NCBI GenBank assembly: GCA_041690135.1
Contig: JAWLHY010000018.1
Span: forward strand, 96,001-160,000
DNA: 64,000 nt
Direction of reading: 5' to 3'
Origin: Armatimonadota bacterium
GTDB taxonomy: Bacteria; Armatimonadota; SYMT01
In this document: positions 39,245 through 49,092 of the stretch, piece after piece
How the letters are laid out: the number at the start of each line of letters is the position of its first letter
How positions within the stretch are numbered: position 1 is the first letter of the stretch
The notes under the pieces: model-generated
The model's database searches: none
What the model was told of the DNA's origin: nothing
What the model saw: only the letters and a program-made list of their open reading frames with translations
Position numbers and translations under genes: made by a program

Positions 39245-39709
39245 ATGGCGGTCTGGAAGCGGGGGAAGTGGGCCGGCCTCTTAGTGCTGCTGGGGCTGGC
39301 CCTGATGGCGGGTTTCACCTTCGGCGTACGGCCGGCCTGGTTGGCGCAGAACGACGTGACGACCGGAGCGACGCCCGCCTATCCGGAGCTACGGAGCCGG
39401 GTCTATCCTCACGCGAGCCCCGACGTGGTCTTTGCCGCCGCCGTGGAAGCAGCGCGCCGCCTTCCCCGCTGGCGGGTGACTTCCACGGACCCGGTGCAGC
39501 GCGAAGCGGCGATCGAAGTTCGTACGGCGCTCTTCTGGTTTACCGATGATCTGACCGTACGGGTGGAGCCGGAGGAGACTTCCGGAAGCCGGGTCGTGAT
39601 CCGCTCCCGGTCCCGTGTCGGGCGGGGTGATCTGGGAGAGAATGCCCGGCATATCGCGGCTCTGCAGCGGGCAATGGACCGACGGCTCTCCCCTCCTCCC
39701 GCTCACTGA
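39245..39709 (+). CDS. DUF1499 family protein
   Basis: NDVTT, RTALFWFTDDLTVRV, RSRSRVGRGDLGENARHI. Confidence 0.85.
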   Translation: MAVWKRGKWAGLLVLLGLALMAGFTFGVRPAWLAQNDVTTGATPAYPELRSRVYPHASPDVVFAAAVEAARRLPRWRVTSTDPVQREAAIEVRTALFWFTDDLTVRVEPEETSGSRVVIRSRSRVGRGDLGENARHIAALQRAMDRRLSPPPAH

Positions 39710-39871
39710 TGCGTCGACCTGTTACTACAGGCGCAGTTCTCAGAGTCAGGTGGCTGGTTGAGGTGTTAGTTCCAGTCGGCGCCGGCGGGCGCCGGGTACC
39801 CTCTGGGTGCGGACGTTCGTGCTTTCCCAACTCGCGACTTTAGTCGCCTAACAGCAAGTGCGGCCGTAGTA

Positions 39872-40636
39872 CTAACCCAGCACTTCGAGCACCTGACGGA
39901 TACGGCGGGTCTCGGCCTCGCTGGCGGCCCGGAATTCCAGTTCGGTGGGGGGAAGGTCCACTCCGAAGCGCACGGCGGGATTGTGTGAAGCCGAGATGTC
40001 TCGGGCCGCGGCGGTCGCAGAGAGGTGAACTTGCGTACAACCCGTGCGCCGGACCACTTCCGCTACCGTTTCGGCGCGGATGCCGCCGCCCGGCAAGATT
40101 TCGATCCGTCCGTCCGCCCGTTCCACCATCCGTCGGATCTCGTCCAGACCCTCGGTCGCTCGCGCCGCTCGGCCCGAAGTCAGGATCCGCGTCACCCCGA
40201 GATCGATCAACTGTTCCAGCGCGACCTCGGGACGAGCCACCACGTCGAATGCCCGGTGGAATACCAACTCGGGCCGAGACGGGCCACCGGAACCCGTAAC
40301 GGCAGTGATGAATCGCCGGCAGCGATTCAGGTCCACCTCCCCGTCCGAAGTGAGGAATCCGAACACCAGGCCATCGGCACCCACCTCGAGGGCGAGGAGC
40401 GCGTCCCGTTCCATCACGGCATACTCACCTTCGGTGTAGGCCATCCCCCCTTCTCGGGGCCGGACCATGCACATCACCGGCGTGGAAACGGTTTCCTTGA
40501 TCGCCTTGAGGGTGCCGAGACTGGGGGTGAGACCACCAAGCGCTAGGGCGCTGCAGAGTTCAAAGCGATCGGCTCCACCGGCCGCCGCGGCGCGAGCATC
40601 GTCGAGGGATGAAACGATTGTTTCCAGCAGGATCAT
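39872..40636 (-). CDS. cutC: copper homeostasis protein CutC
   Basis: GADRFELCSALALGGLTPS, MVRPREG, FHRAFD, RILTSG. Confidence 0.93.
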   Translation of the reverse strand: MILLETIVSSLDDARAAAAGGADRFELCSALALGGLTPSLGTLKAIKETVSTPVMCMVRPREGGMAYTEGEYAVMERDALLALEVGADGLVFGFLTSDGEVDLNRCRRFITAVTGSGGPSRPELVFHRAFDVVARPEVALEQLIDLGVTRILTSGRAARATEGLDEIRRMVERADGRIEILPGGGIRAETVAEVVRRTGCTQVHLSATAAARDISASHNPAVRFGVDLPPTELEFRAASEAETRRIRQVLEVLG

Positions 40637-40645
40637 AGTGCTTGA

Positions 40646-41644
40646 TTAGAGGGCGGCGATCACGGCGTCGGTAAACTCGTCGGTGCCCGCCTTTCCACCG
40701 AGGTCACGGGTCACATGTTCGCCGGCCTCGAGAGTTTTGTTGACAGCTTTGCGGATGCGATCGGCGCTCCCGCCTTCGCCGAGGTGGTCGAGCATGAGGC
40801 AGGCGGAAAGGAGCATGGCGGTCGGGTTGGCCAGGCCGCGCCCGGCAATATCCGGCGCGCTGCCGTGAACCGCTTCGAAGACGGCGTATTCCTCGCCGAT
40901 GTTCGCTCCGGGAACGACTCCGAGACCGCCGACCAGGCCCGCGGTGAGGTCGGAGACGATGTCCCCGTACAGGTTCTCGCAGAGCAGGATATCGAAGCGC
41001 TGTGGGTCCTGCACCAGCCACATGCAGGTGGCATCCACGATCATTTCGTTGTACTGGATGTCGGAATAGCGCTCCGCGACCTCCCGCGCGCACCGCAGGA
41101 AGAGGCCGTCGGTCAGCTTCATAATATTGGCCTTGTGTACGCTGGTGACGCGCTTCCGGCCGCAGCGCCGCGCATAGGCGAAAGCGAACTCGCTGATCCG
41201 GTAGCAGGCCCGTTCGGTCGTCACCTTGAGACTCTCAACGACCCCGGGTATTACCTCGTGCTCGATACCCGAATAGAGGCCTTCGGTATTCTCGCGAACC
41301 ACTACCAGATCGACCTCTCCAAAGCGGGTTTCGATTCCGGGCAGCGTGCGTACGGGCCGCAGGCAGGCGTAAAGGTCGAGGCGCTTTCGCAACGCGACGT
41401 TGGCGCTGGCGAATCCAGTGCCGATGGGCGTGGTGAGGGGGCCCTTCAGGGCAACACGGTCCTTGCGGATGCAGTCCAGCACGTGCTCGGGAAGCTGGGT
41501 TCCGTACTGCTCGATGGTGGCGGCCCCGGCTTCCACCTCGTGCCATTCCACTTCGACCCCGCTTGCCTCCACGATCCTCCGGACAGCGGCGGAAACTTCC
41601 GGTCCGATGCCGTCCCCCGGTATCAGCGTCACTCCGTGTGCCAC
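40646..41644 (-). CDS. isocitrate/isopropylmalate dehydrogenase family, NAD-dependent IDH-like
   Basis: TLIPGDGIGPEV, RENTEGLY, HKANIMK, NLYGDIVSD, EAVHGSAPDIAG; GTG start after GAGGAGG. Confidence 0.9.
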   Translation of the reverse strand: MAHGVTLIPGDGIGPEVSAAVRRIVEASGVEVEWHEVEAGAATIEQYGTQLPEHVLDCIRKDRVALKGPLTTPIGTGFASANVALRKRLDLYACLRPVRTLPGIETRFGEVDLVVVRENTEGLYSGIEHEVIPGVVESLKVTTERACYRISEFAFAYARRCGRKRVTSVHKANIMKLTDGLFLRCAREVAERYSDIQYNEMIVDATCMWLVQDPQRFDILLCENLYGDIVSDLTAGLVGGLGVVPGANIGEEYAVFEAVHGSAPDIAGRGLANPTAMLLSACLMLDHLGEGGSADRIRKAVNKTLEAGEHVTRDLGGKAGTDEFTDAVIAAL

Positions 41645-41846
41645 CCCGAACCTCCTCTTCTCAATGCTGTCAGCGCCGCACAAATAGGCGCATGGTCGGC
41701 CCTTCATCCAGCATGATAGAATGCCCCAATTTACCTACTACTACGCTTACGATTGGCGTCCATGCGGGAAAAGCTTGATGGGATGATCCGGCCGGGATCC
41801 CACAGCCTCGCTGCCGCCCGGCCCCACGCAACCAGGGAGAGCGACC

Positions 41847-42089
41847 ATGCCGGAAACCGCGAAAAAGGTGATCAAAGCCCGGACCGAGAGCCATTCGGAC
41901 GTGGCTAACTCGAAGCCCGCCAAGGAACTGCAGAGGGTCCACACCGAGCGCCAATTCGGCGATCAGGTGTTGTATTTCCTGCGTGAAACGGATGCCACGA
42001 TACAACTCCGCAACTTCAAAGACGAGTGGGTCGAAACGGACGAAGGCATGGTCCACGAGATCAGCATCGAGGCACAGCCCCTCGAATGA
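41847..42089 (+). CDS. small hypothetical protein
   Basis: 80-aa ATG ORF with GGGAG RBS. Confidence 0.65.
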   Translation: MPETAKKVIKARTESHSDVANSKPAKELQRVHTERQFGDQVLYFLRETDATIQLRNFKDEWVETDEGMVHEISIEAQPLE

Positions 42090-42205
42090 GTTGAAGGTTG
42101 GTAGGTTGAAGGTTGAAGGTTGGAGATCCGTGCGGCCGGAACGGGTACGGGTTGGCACGAATCAGGTGCGACGTTGGCAGGTTGGAAAGTTGGCAGGTTG
42201 GAAAG
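42090..42205. repeat. short tandem 7-8-mer repeats
   Basis: gttgaag/gttggtag units at 42090-42123 and gttggcag/gttggaaa units at 42173-42204. Confidence 0.75.
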
Positions 42206-42325
42206 TCAAAGTTCCTCTTGGGGCTCATGGTTGAAGCCCACCGCACCGGCCGGAGGTTAATCGCCTGAACTTTAGTACCCGTCAAGGAATAACCGCTACG
42301 TGGTGCCTAGCCGACGGAGGTTTAC

Positions 42326-42426
42326 GCCCGGGTACCCACGGTGTGGGTGTGGGTGCGGGCGCCGGGTACCCACAGAGTGGGTGTGGGCAGTTGCCCTGTG
42401 TAGCCGGGGCACCCACTCGTGGGTCG
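42326..42426. repeat. cluster of three REP-like palindromic units, with a further copy at 39791-39812
   Basis: units of the form ccggg(t/gc)accc-N3-8-gggt containing accc.../...gggt hairpins. Confidence 0.6.
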
Positions 42427-42584
42427 TTACTCGCCCAACTGTACCTGTAGCGGTTGTTGCTGGGCACTCCCTTAGGAACTCGACGATAGAGGCGTGATCA
42501 CCGGGCTGCCCCGGGTAAAGGGAAGAAACGGAGGGGCAGGGAGCGTCTCTATTCCTTCTTGCCGCGTAGTAAAGGAGCAGCCAG

Positions 42585-43076
42585 GTGCGTCGTATCGAAG
42601 AGATCCTCAAGATGCCGATCATCACCGTCCAGGAAGGGACCCGCCTGGGCACGGTCAGCGGCGCCGAACTGGATATGACAGAAGGTAGGGTCGCCTACAT
42701 CCGTTACCGGGGAGAGGGACGCAACCCGGAGGGGCTCATCCCCTGGTCCGCCATACGCAGCATCGGTGGAGACACCCTTACCGTGACCTCGGCGTCCGAG
42801 GTGCTGCAGAGCCTGCGGCCGCAGGAACGGGAGACCCTTGCCGAGTATGTGGGTGACCGACCGGTGGTCACCGAAGGTGGGACGCGGATCGGCACCGTCT
42901 CCAGCTATGCCATCGATGAAGAAACGGGCCGGATCCTGAGTTACCACGTGGAGCAGGGAGGGCTGATAGCGCGGTTGACCAACCGGGGCTATGAATTCCC
43001 TCACGAGGCGATCCGTGCCTTCGGTAAGGACGCGATCGTTGTGGCGGAAGAAGTGATCCCGGAAGAAGCCGCCTGA
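42585..43076 (+). CDS. tandem PRC-barrel domain protein
   Basis: two xPVVTxxGTR(L/I)GTV repeats; IPWSAIRSIGGD; AAGGAG RBS. Confidence 0.88.
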   Translation: MRRIEEILKMPIITVQEGTRLGTVSGAELDMTEGRVAYIRYRGEGRNPEGLIPWSAIRSIGGDTLTVTSASEVLQSLRPQERETLAEYVGDRPVVTEGGTRIGTVSSYAIDEETGRILSYHVEQGGLIARLTNRGYEFPHEAIRAFGKDAIVVAEEVIPEEAA

Positions 43077-43344
43077 GCTTGCGAGCCGACATACTCCTTG
43101 TACCGCTGCAGTGTATGAGGGATTTCTCACGGAGATTCGCGGCGCCCCGTCCTAACGCCCGGCGCCGGCTCCGCCTCTCAACCTTTCGAGCGGTTTGCAA
43201 CTGGGGGTGCATACGGAGGGTCGCAGCCGGGTAGAACCCCGGATGAGTAAACCCTCGGCCCCTGGATGGAAGGAGGCAGCCTACGGAAGCAGGATAGACT
43301 GCTGGCGCCGGCTTGCCGATCTCCTGGAGTATTGGAGGCAGGAT

Positions 43345-43818
43345 GTGAGGCGAGTGACGGATCTGATAGGGTTGCCCGTGATCCTGGTGAGGGGTGGGGC
43401 CGCCATCGGCACGGTGACCGGGGTCGAACTCGATGTGGTGCGTGGCAGGATTTGTTTCCTTCACCTCTCGGCCGCCGCGGATCAAGACGAGATCATTCTC
43501 CCCTGGAGAGCCGTCTGCACCGTGGATGCCCGGACGATCACGGTCTTCACGCTGCCTTCCCGCGGTGATTCCCTTGCCGGCGGTGGACCCCTACCCCACC
43601 AACCGCAAATGCGGGTGTGGGGTGACCATCAGAGCCTCCACCCGATCGCCGGCTATGAAATAGATGAACTCAGTGGACGCGTCACCCCAGTCGCGCAGCC
43701 GTTGTTACCCCTCATCCGCGATCTCGAAGAACTGATGCTAGACCTGGGATACGCGGATTGTGAGTGGCTGGAGCGAGATTCGCCTCCGGACCGTGAGCGA
43801 AGACCCAGGGCTGCCTGA
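43345..43818 (+). CDS. divergent PRC-barrel protein, paralog of the upstream gene
   Basis: VRRVTDLIGLPVI...IGTVTGVELD...LPWRAV...GYEIDELSGRV; GGAGG RBS. Confidence 0.6.
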   Translation: MRRVTDLIGLPVILVRGGAAIGTVTGVELDVVRGRICFLHLSAAADQDEIILPWRAVCTVDARTITVFTLPSRGDSLAGGGPLPHQPQMRVWGDHQSLHPIAGYEIDELSGRVTPVAQPLLPLIRDLEELMLDLGYADCEWLERDSPPDRERRPRAA

Positions 43819-44016
43819 AGTCATTCGGTACTCCCGCGCCCTCACAATTAGCGCTGAGCGCAGGCAGCCACCATCTGGCAGGCCGAGTTCAGGCCCCGAA
43901 CTGCGGAACGCTACGGCGAGACGTTCCCTACGGGTACCGCTTGCAAGAACTTGCCCAACAAGCGAGCGACACCCTTAAAGGCCTACCCGCAATTTCGTAT
44001 CCACGCAGAGGAGTGG

Positions 44017-45105
44017 CTACGGCTTCTCTCCGACTACGAGCTCACCCCGGAGCATTTCCCCGTCGCGCTCGACCAGGATGGAGAATTTGTCTCCGATCTT
44101 GGCCTTGGCCGTAAGCGCCTCGACGTCGTCGCGGGCGGCGATCTTCTTGCCGTTCAGTTCACGGATGATGTCGCCCGGGCGCACTCCCGCAGCCCACGCC
44201 GGCCCCCGTCGGTCGATCCGCTCGACGATAGCCCCGCCGGGGCGCTCCAGACCCAAGTAGCCGGCGATGTCGGACGTCACCGTGCGGGTGTTGAGACCCG
44301 TCCACGGGCGCTTGATCTTGCCGCTGCGAATCAGTTCGTCCGCGATGTTTTTGGCCAGGTGAATGGGGATGGAGAAGCCGATCCCCTGGGCATCGGCGCG
44401 AACGATGGTGTTGATACCGATTACGTTTCCGTGGATATCAACCAGGGGGCCGCCGCTGTTGCCGGGGTTGATTGCCGCGTCCGTCTGGATCAGGCTCTTG
44501 TAGACGCGGTCCTGGATCTGCATCGCCCGGCCGGTGTGCCCGACGACTCCGAGTGTCACCGTTTGCTGATACCCATATGGATTGCCGATGGCGATGGCCC
44601 ACTGTCCGGGGATCAACTTGCGGGAGTCGCCAAGACGGGCCACGGGGAGGTTCTTCGCATTCTGGATCTGGATCACGCCAACATCGGTTTCGTGATCCAC
44701 GCCGATTACGCGGCCGCGGTACTTCTTGCCGTTGCCGAACGTGACGAAGATCTCCGTCGCTCCTTCGACCACGTGCTCGTTGGTAATGACGTAACCCTTC
44801 GGATCGATCACCACTCCGGAGCCGGCGCCGCTGCTCTCGAAGGTGCGGGGTCCGAAGAACCAGTCGTCCTGGACGAACCGCTTCACCGTGTCGATATTGA
44901 CGACGGAAGGCGCCACGGCCTCTACGGCGCGGGCTACCGGCTCATCCGCCGTTACGGCCGCTCGAGCCGGCTGCGCATAGGCCTGGGTAGGTAGGCGACC
45001 TGGCTCCCACTCAATGCGGATCCGGGGCGCCAGCCAACTTCCTGCCAGGAAACTGGCGGTCATGAGCGTGGTGTAAATCCAGAATCGGCGATTGCGTGCG
45101 AACAT
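44017..45105 (-). CDS. HtrA/DegP-family S1C serine protease with one PDZ domain
   Basis: GSGVVI, ITNEHVV, TDVGV, QTDAAINPGNSGGPL; N-terminal anchor. Confidence 0.95.
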   Translation of the reverse strand: MFARNRRFWIYTTLMTASFLAGSWLAPRIRIEWEPGRLPTQAYAQPARAAVTADEPVARAVEAVAPSVVNIDTVKRFVQDDWFFGPRTFESSGAGSGVVIDPKGYVITNEHVVEGATEIFVTFGNGKKYRGRVIGVDHETDVGVIQIQNAKNLPVARLGDSRKLIPGQWAIAIGNPYGYQQTVTLGVVGHTGRAMQIQDRVYKSLIQTDAAINPGNSGGPLVDIHGNVIGINTIVRADAQGIGFSIPIHLAKNIADELIRSGKIKRPWTGLNTRTVTSDIAGYLGLERPGGAIVERIDRRGPAWAAGVRPGDIIRELNGKKIAARDDVEALTAKAKIGDKFSILVERDGEMLRGELVVGEKP

Positions 45106-45342
45106 ATCTAGCCTCTTCCCTTCCGGAGCCTCCGCCATCCGGCAAGCACAGGGGTCCGGGGAACTGGGGCCCCGGGACTTTACACTCAAGTAGATAGGCG
45201 ACCGGGCAGACCGGTGCTTCCCTCTACTAAGAAGAACGCACGAACTCTCCATGCGTTCCGTTGGGTTTTCCTTGGTGCGACGAAAGACGCTGGAGGACAA
45301 GGACTGTCCTCCAGCGTCAATATTCCCGCAGCCACGGCCGAT

Positions 45343-46749
45343 CTACCCGAAGTACTTCATGATGTCCTTGCTCATGATGAGCACGAACAGCACCCCGACA
45401 ATGGCCAGGCCCATCAGCGCCACCACCTTGTGCGTCTCCGGTTCCAGGCGGCGACGGCGGAGTACCTCCACCGTGAGGATGGTCATGTGGCCGCCGTCCA
45501 GCACCGGGATCGGCAACAGGTTGAATACCGCCAGCGAGAGACTGAGCGACGCCATCACCGTAAAGTAGTTTCCAAGCGGCAGGCGATCCACCTGGCTCAG
45601 GAGGGCGACGATGGCGATCGGGCCGCCTACGCTCTCCCGGAGCACCGCGGGGCGACTGAACATCCCCACGATGTTGTACAGGAAGTTCTGGACGTACTGG
45701 ACGCCGTTGGAGAGTGATTGGCCGAGGCTCACGCGGTCCCCCTGACCCGGAATGGGGGCGAACCCGAAAGCCCCGATCCGACGCGTTGCCTCTTTGATCT
45801 GCACGTCCACCGGACCTGCCGTCCCTTCGATCTCCATTCGCTCGGTGCCATTGCGCCAGATCAACAGGCTTATCGGTTGTCCCTGCTTCTCCTGCAGATA
45901 GCGACGCACGGCTACTTCCGGCGGGTCGGTCTCGCTGAGCATACCGACGAACTTGCCGTCGATGCGGTCGATCTGGTCGCCAGGTCTCAGATCCAACTCC
46001 GTGCCCTGTGGAACGCCGCCCACAACCAGGAACCGCTCCTCCAGGGCCCGCTCCTCCGGGGATCCGGCCAGAACGATCTCCTTGCCCTCCCGCTGGACGG
46101 TCACGGTTATCCGCTCGCCTGCGTGGGGATGGATGTGCATCGCCACCTCGTCGCGGCTGCGGATGGCCTCACCATTGATGGCAACGATCCGGTCGCCGAC
46201 GCGGAGACCCTTGGGGTGGTTCGGTGCCGGCTGGCCGTTGACGCTGACCACCTCCATTCGCTCCGCGGGCTTCTTCCGCTGCACTTCGCCCACGAGTACC
46301 CGGCTCTCATCGGGCACGCCGAACAGGAAGCCGCTGAGCATCAGGATGCCGACACCCAGGATCATGTTCATCAGTGGACCGGAGAGATAGACGAGGGCCC
46401 GTTCGGCGGGGCGGCGGCCATTCAACCCATCCGGTGTGATGGGGTCGTCCGGCTGCATCCCCTTGGGGTTGACGAACCCACCGAGGGGAAAGGCGCGGAC
46501 GGTGTAATCGGTCCCGCCCCGCTTCATATAGGTGAGAAGCTTCGGACCGAACCCCAGTGCGAACTCGTAGACGGTGACGCCCACGGCTTTTGCGGCGATG
46601 AAGTGGCCCCACTCATGGACGGCGACCAATACGCCCAGCGTGACCACGAACATCACGGCCGTCTTGAAGGTATCCCAGAAGACCGCGGCAAAGACGGCAA
46701 CAATTGCAAATGCAATAATATTTTGTATAGTCTCAGACCGTTTATTCAT
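45343..46749 (-). CDS. rseP: RIP metalloprotease RseP (M50) with PDZ domains
   Basis: HEWGH, GFGP, GPLMN, FNLLPIPVLDGGH; follows dxr. Confidence 0.93.
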   Translation of the reverse strand: MNKRSETIQNIIAFAIVAVFAAVFWDTFKTAVMFVVTLGVLVAVHEWGHFIAAKAVGVTVYEFALGFGPKLLTYMKRGGTDYTVRAFPLGGFVNPKGMQPDDPITPDGLNGRRPAERALVYLSGPLMNMILGVGILMLSGFLFGVPDESRVLVGEVQRKKPAERMEVVSVNGQPAPNHPKGLRVGDRIVAINGEAIRSRDEVAMHIHPHAGERITVTVQREGKEIVLAGSPEERALEERFLVVGGVPQGTELDLRPGDQIDRIDGKFVGMLSETDPPEVAVRRYLQEKQGQPISLLIWRNGTERMEIEGTAGPVDVQIKEATRRIGAFGFAPIPGQGDRVSLGQSLSNGVQYVQNFLYNIVGMFSRPAVLRESVGGPIAIVALLSQVDRLPLGNYFTVMASLSLSLAVFNLLPIPVLDGGHMTILTVEVLRRRRLEPETHKVVALMGLAIVGVLFVLIMSKDIMKYFG

Positions 46750-46756
46750 TCAGTAG

Positions 46757-47887
46757 TTAGCTTTCCAGTGCTGCTCGCCGCGCCCAGGCGTCGATTTCAA
46801 GCAGTTCAGGCAAGTCCGGATCCGGACGCACGGAGTGGGCTTCCATGGCGCGTTCTACCCGGGCTGCAATGTCGGTGAACGCAATGCGCCCGGAGAGGAA
46901 GAGGTCCACCGCGACTTCGTTCGCGGCACTCAACACAGCCGGCAGAGAGCCCCCCACCTCGGCGGCCTGGAACGCCAGTCGCAGTGCCGGAAAGCGCTCC
47001 AGGTCCGGCGCCTCGAACGTAAGGTTACGACACCGCACCAGGTCTAACCGCTCCAGCGTATTCGGCAGTCGCTGCGGATAGAAGAGCGAATACTGGATCG
47101 GCAGCCGCATATCCGGAATGCCCATCTGGGCCATCACGGAGCTGTCCCGGAAGTACACCAGCGAATGTATTATACTCTGCCGATGGACCACCACTTCAAT
47201 AGCCGAGGCCGGGATGCCGAAGAGCCACTTCGCCTCAATCACCTCCAGACCCTTATTCATCAGGGTTGCCGAGTCGATGGTAATCTTACCGCCCATGTTC
47301 CAGGTTGGATGGTCCAGGGCGTTTGCGATAGTGGCCGCGGCCATCTCCTCGCGGCTCTTGTCCACGAACGGACCGCCAGAAGCGGTGAGGACGAGCTTCT
47401 CCACCTCTTCCAGTTGATTTCCGCGCAGCGCCTGCCAGATGGCGGAATGCTCGCTGTCGATCGGCAGGATCGTGGCCCCGGAATTCCGCGCCGCGGCCGT
47501 CATGAGATGCCCGCCGACGACCAGGGCCTCCTTGGTTGCCAGGGCGACGTTCTTTCCGGCCTGGAGCGCCGCTAGCGCGGGGGCGAGACCGGCGGTACCC
47601 ACCACGGAAACGATTACCAGGTCGACATCGTCTCGCGTTGCCGCCTCTACCAGGACTCCCTCTCCCGCGTGGAGCGGGCCGGTGGAGGTCTCCAGGGAGG
47701 TCCCAGGCAAAGGATGCGTGAGGCCGGCGAACCGGGGGCGGTACCGCTCCACCTGCGCGCGGAGCGTCTCTGCATCCGAGCGGGCGGTGAGGGCGACGAC
47801 CTCAAGACGGTCGGGAAACCAGTCAACGATATCGAGCGTCTGGCGTCCGATGGAGCCGGTGGAACCGAGGATGGCGATGCGGGTCAT
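46757..47887 (-). CDS. dxr: 1-deoxy-D-xylulose 5-phosphate reductoisomerase
   Basis: LGSTGSIG, LPIDSEHSAI, HPTWNMGGKITIDSATLMNKGLEVIEA. Confidence 0.98.
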   Translation of the reverse strand: MTRIAILGSTGSIGRQTLDIVDWFPDRLEVVALTARSDAETLRAQVERYRPRFAGLTHPLPGTSLETSTGPLHAGEGVLVEAATRDDVDLVIVSVVGTAGLAPALAALQAGKNVALATKEALVVGGHLMTAAARNSGATILPIDSEHSAIWQALRGNQLEEVEKLVLTASGGPFVDKSREEMAAATIANALDHPTWNMGGKITIDSATLMNKGLEVIEAKWLFGIPASAIEVVVHRQSIIHSLVYFRDSSVMAQMGIPDMRLPIQYSLFYPQRLPNTLERLDLVRCRNLTFEAPDLERFPALRLAFQAAEVGGSLPAVLSAANEVAVDLFLSGRIAFTDIAARVERAMEAHSVRPDPDLPELLEIDAWARRAALES

Positions 47888-47900
47888 TGGGGGAGTTAAA

Positions 47901-48004
47901 TGCGTGATGCGTGATGGGTAATGCGTAAGGTTACGTGCGAGGCGGCTGCGGGGGCAATGGTGCTGCCTCGGCCATGTGCGTAATGCGTGATACGTGATGC
48001 GTGA
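47901..48004. repeat. heptamer tandem repeats (tgcgtga/tgcgtaa)
   Basis: two blocks of four imperfect units at 47901-47928 and 47977-48004. Confidence 0.75.
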
Positions 48005-48216
48005 GAATGGGTTGCAGTACCGGTATTCGGGCGCCCCTGTGGGGGTTAAATGTTCGGGTGCTCTGACTCCGTGCGACTGGAAACATTCGGCTAGTCTGTG
48101 GTGACCGGAAAGCGGTGCTTGGGATATCTGCCTGGTGGTGTCGGCCGACAGAGTACCTGAAACGCCGCGTTACACGGGCTTACATCAGAGGGCACAAATC
48201 CATTACTTGGGTCCGA

Positions 48217-48957
48217 CTAAACCGCGGCAGGCTCGAGGATACCGCCGAAACGACGCTCGCGGGACTGGTAAACGCGGATGGCTTCTTCCAGGTCGCGGCC
48301 GGTGAAGTCGGGCCAGAGCACCGGGGTGACGTAGATCTCGCTGTAGGCGGCCTGCCAGAGCAGGAAGTTGCTGAGGCGCATTTCCCCGCCGGTTCGGACC
48401 AGGAGATCCGGGTCGGGCATGTCGGGGTTGTACATCTCCCGGGTGATCGCCTCCTCCGTGATCTCACCAGGCTCGATAACCCCCAGGGCCGCTTTTTCGG
48501 CCAGCCGCCGTGCAGCATCCACGATCTCGGCCCGGCCGCCGTAGTTGATGGCCAGGTTGAGGTTAAGCCCCGTGTTCTCGCGGGTAAGCGCCATGTCCCG
48601 GCGCAACTCTTCCTGCAGGGAAATGGGCAACTCCTCCATGCGACCGATGACCCGGAGCCGGACATTCTTGCGGTGCAGCTCCTGGATGCGCTTTCGAGCC
48701 ACGAACTCGATCAGCCGCATCAGCGCGCTGACCTCTTCCAGAGGGCGGCGCCAGTTCTCGGCGCTGAAGGTGTAGAGGGTCAGGTGCTGGACCCCCACCT
48801 GGCCGCAATATTCGACTATATCGTGGACGGTCTGTTCGCCCCGGCGGTGGCCCTCGACCCGGGGGAGGCCCCGGCGCTTGGCCCAGCGGCCGTTGCCGTC
48901 CATTACGATGGCGATGTGTCGGGGGACGCGCGTCGGGTCCAGGTCACTCACGTGCAT
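48217..48957 (-). CDS. uppS: isoprenyl (undecaprenyl diphosphate) synthase
   Basis: HIAIVMDGNGRWA, FSAENWRR, NYGGR, RTGGEMRLSNFLLWQ. Confidence 0.97.
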   Translation of the reverse strand: MHVSDLDPTRVPRHIAIVMDGNGRWAKRRGLPRVEGHRRGEQTVHDIVEYCGQVGVQHLTLYTFSAENWRRPLEEVSALMRLIEFVARKRIQELHRKNVRLRVIGRMEELPISLQEELRRDMALTRENTGLNLNLAINYGGRAEIVDAARRLAEKAALGVIEPGEITEEAITREMYNPDMPDPDLLVRTGGEMRLSNFLLWQAAYSEIYVTPVLWPDFTGRDLEEAIRVYQSRERRFGGILEPAAV

Positions 48958-49092
48958 AGAAGTCTCCACCAGGCGGATCGAACAGCTACTTCAGCTTCTC
49001 CGATCTCTTTGTGCCACAAAGTTCCCTCTGAGTTCCTATTATAGGCCGCCCGGGTTTGGTAGAGCCACTGTGAAGACGGAAATTGCCCGGCC

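Noticed and set aside
42090-42430. Possible CRISPR array
   Set aside because: Repeats are too short and irregular, there are no constant-length spacers, and no cas genes.
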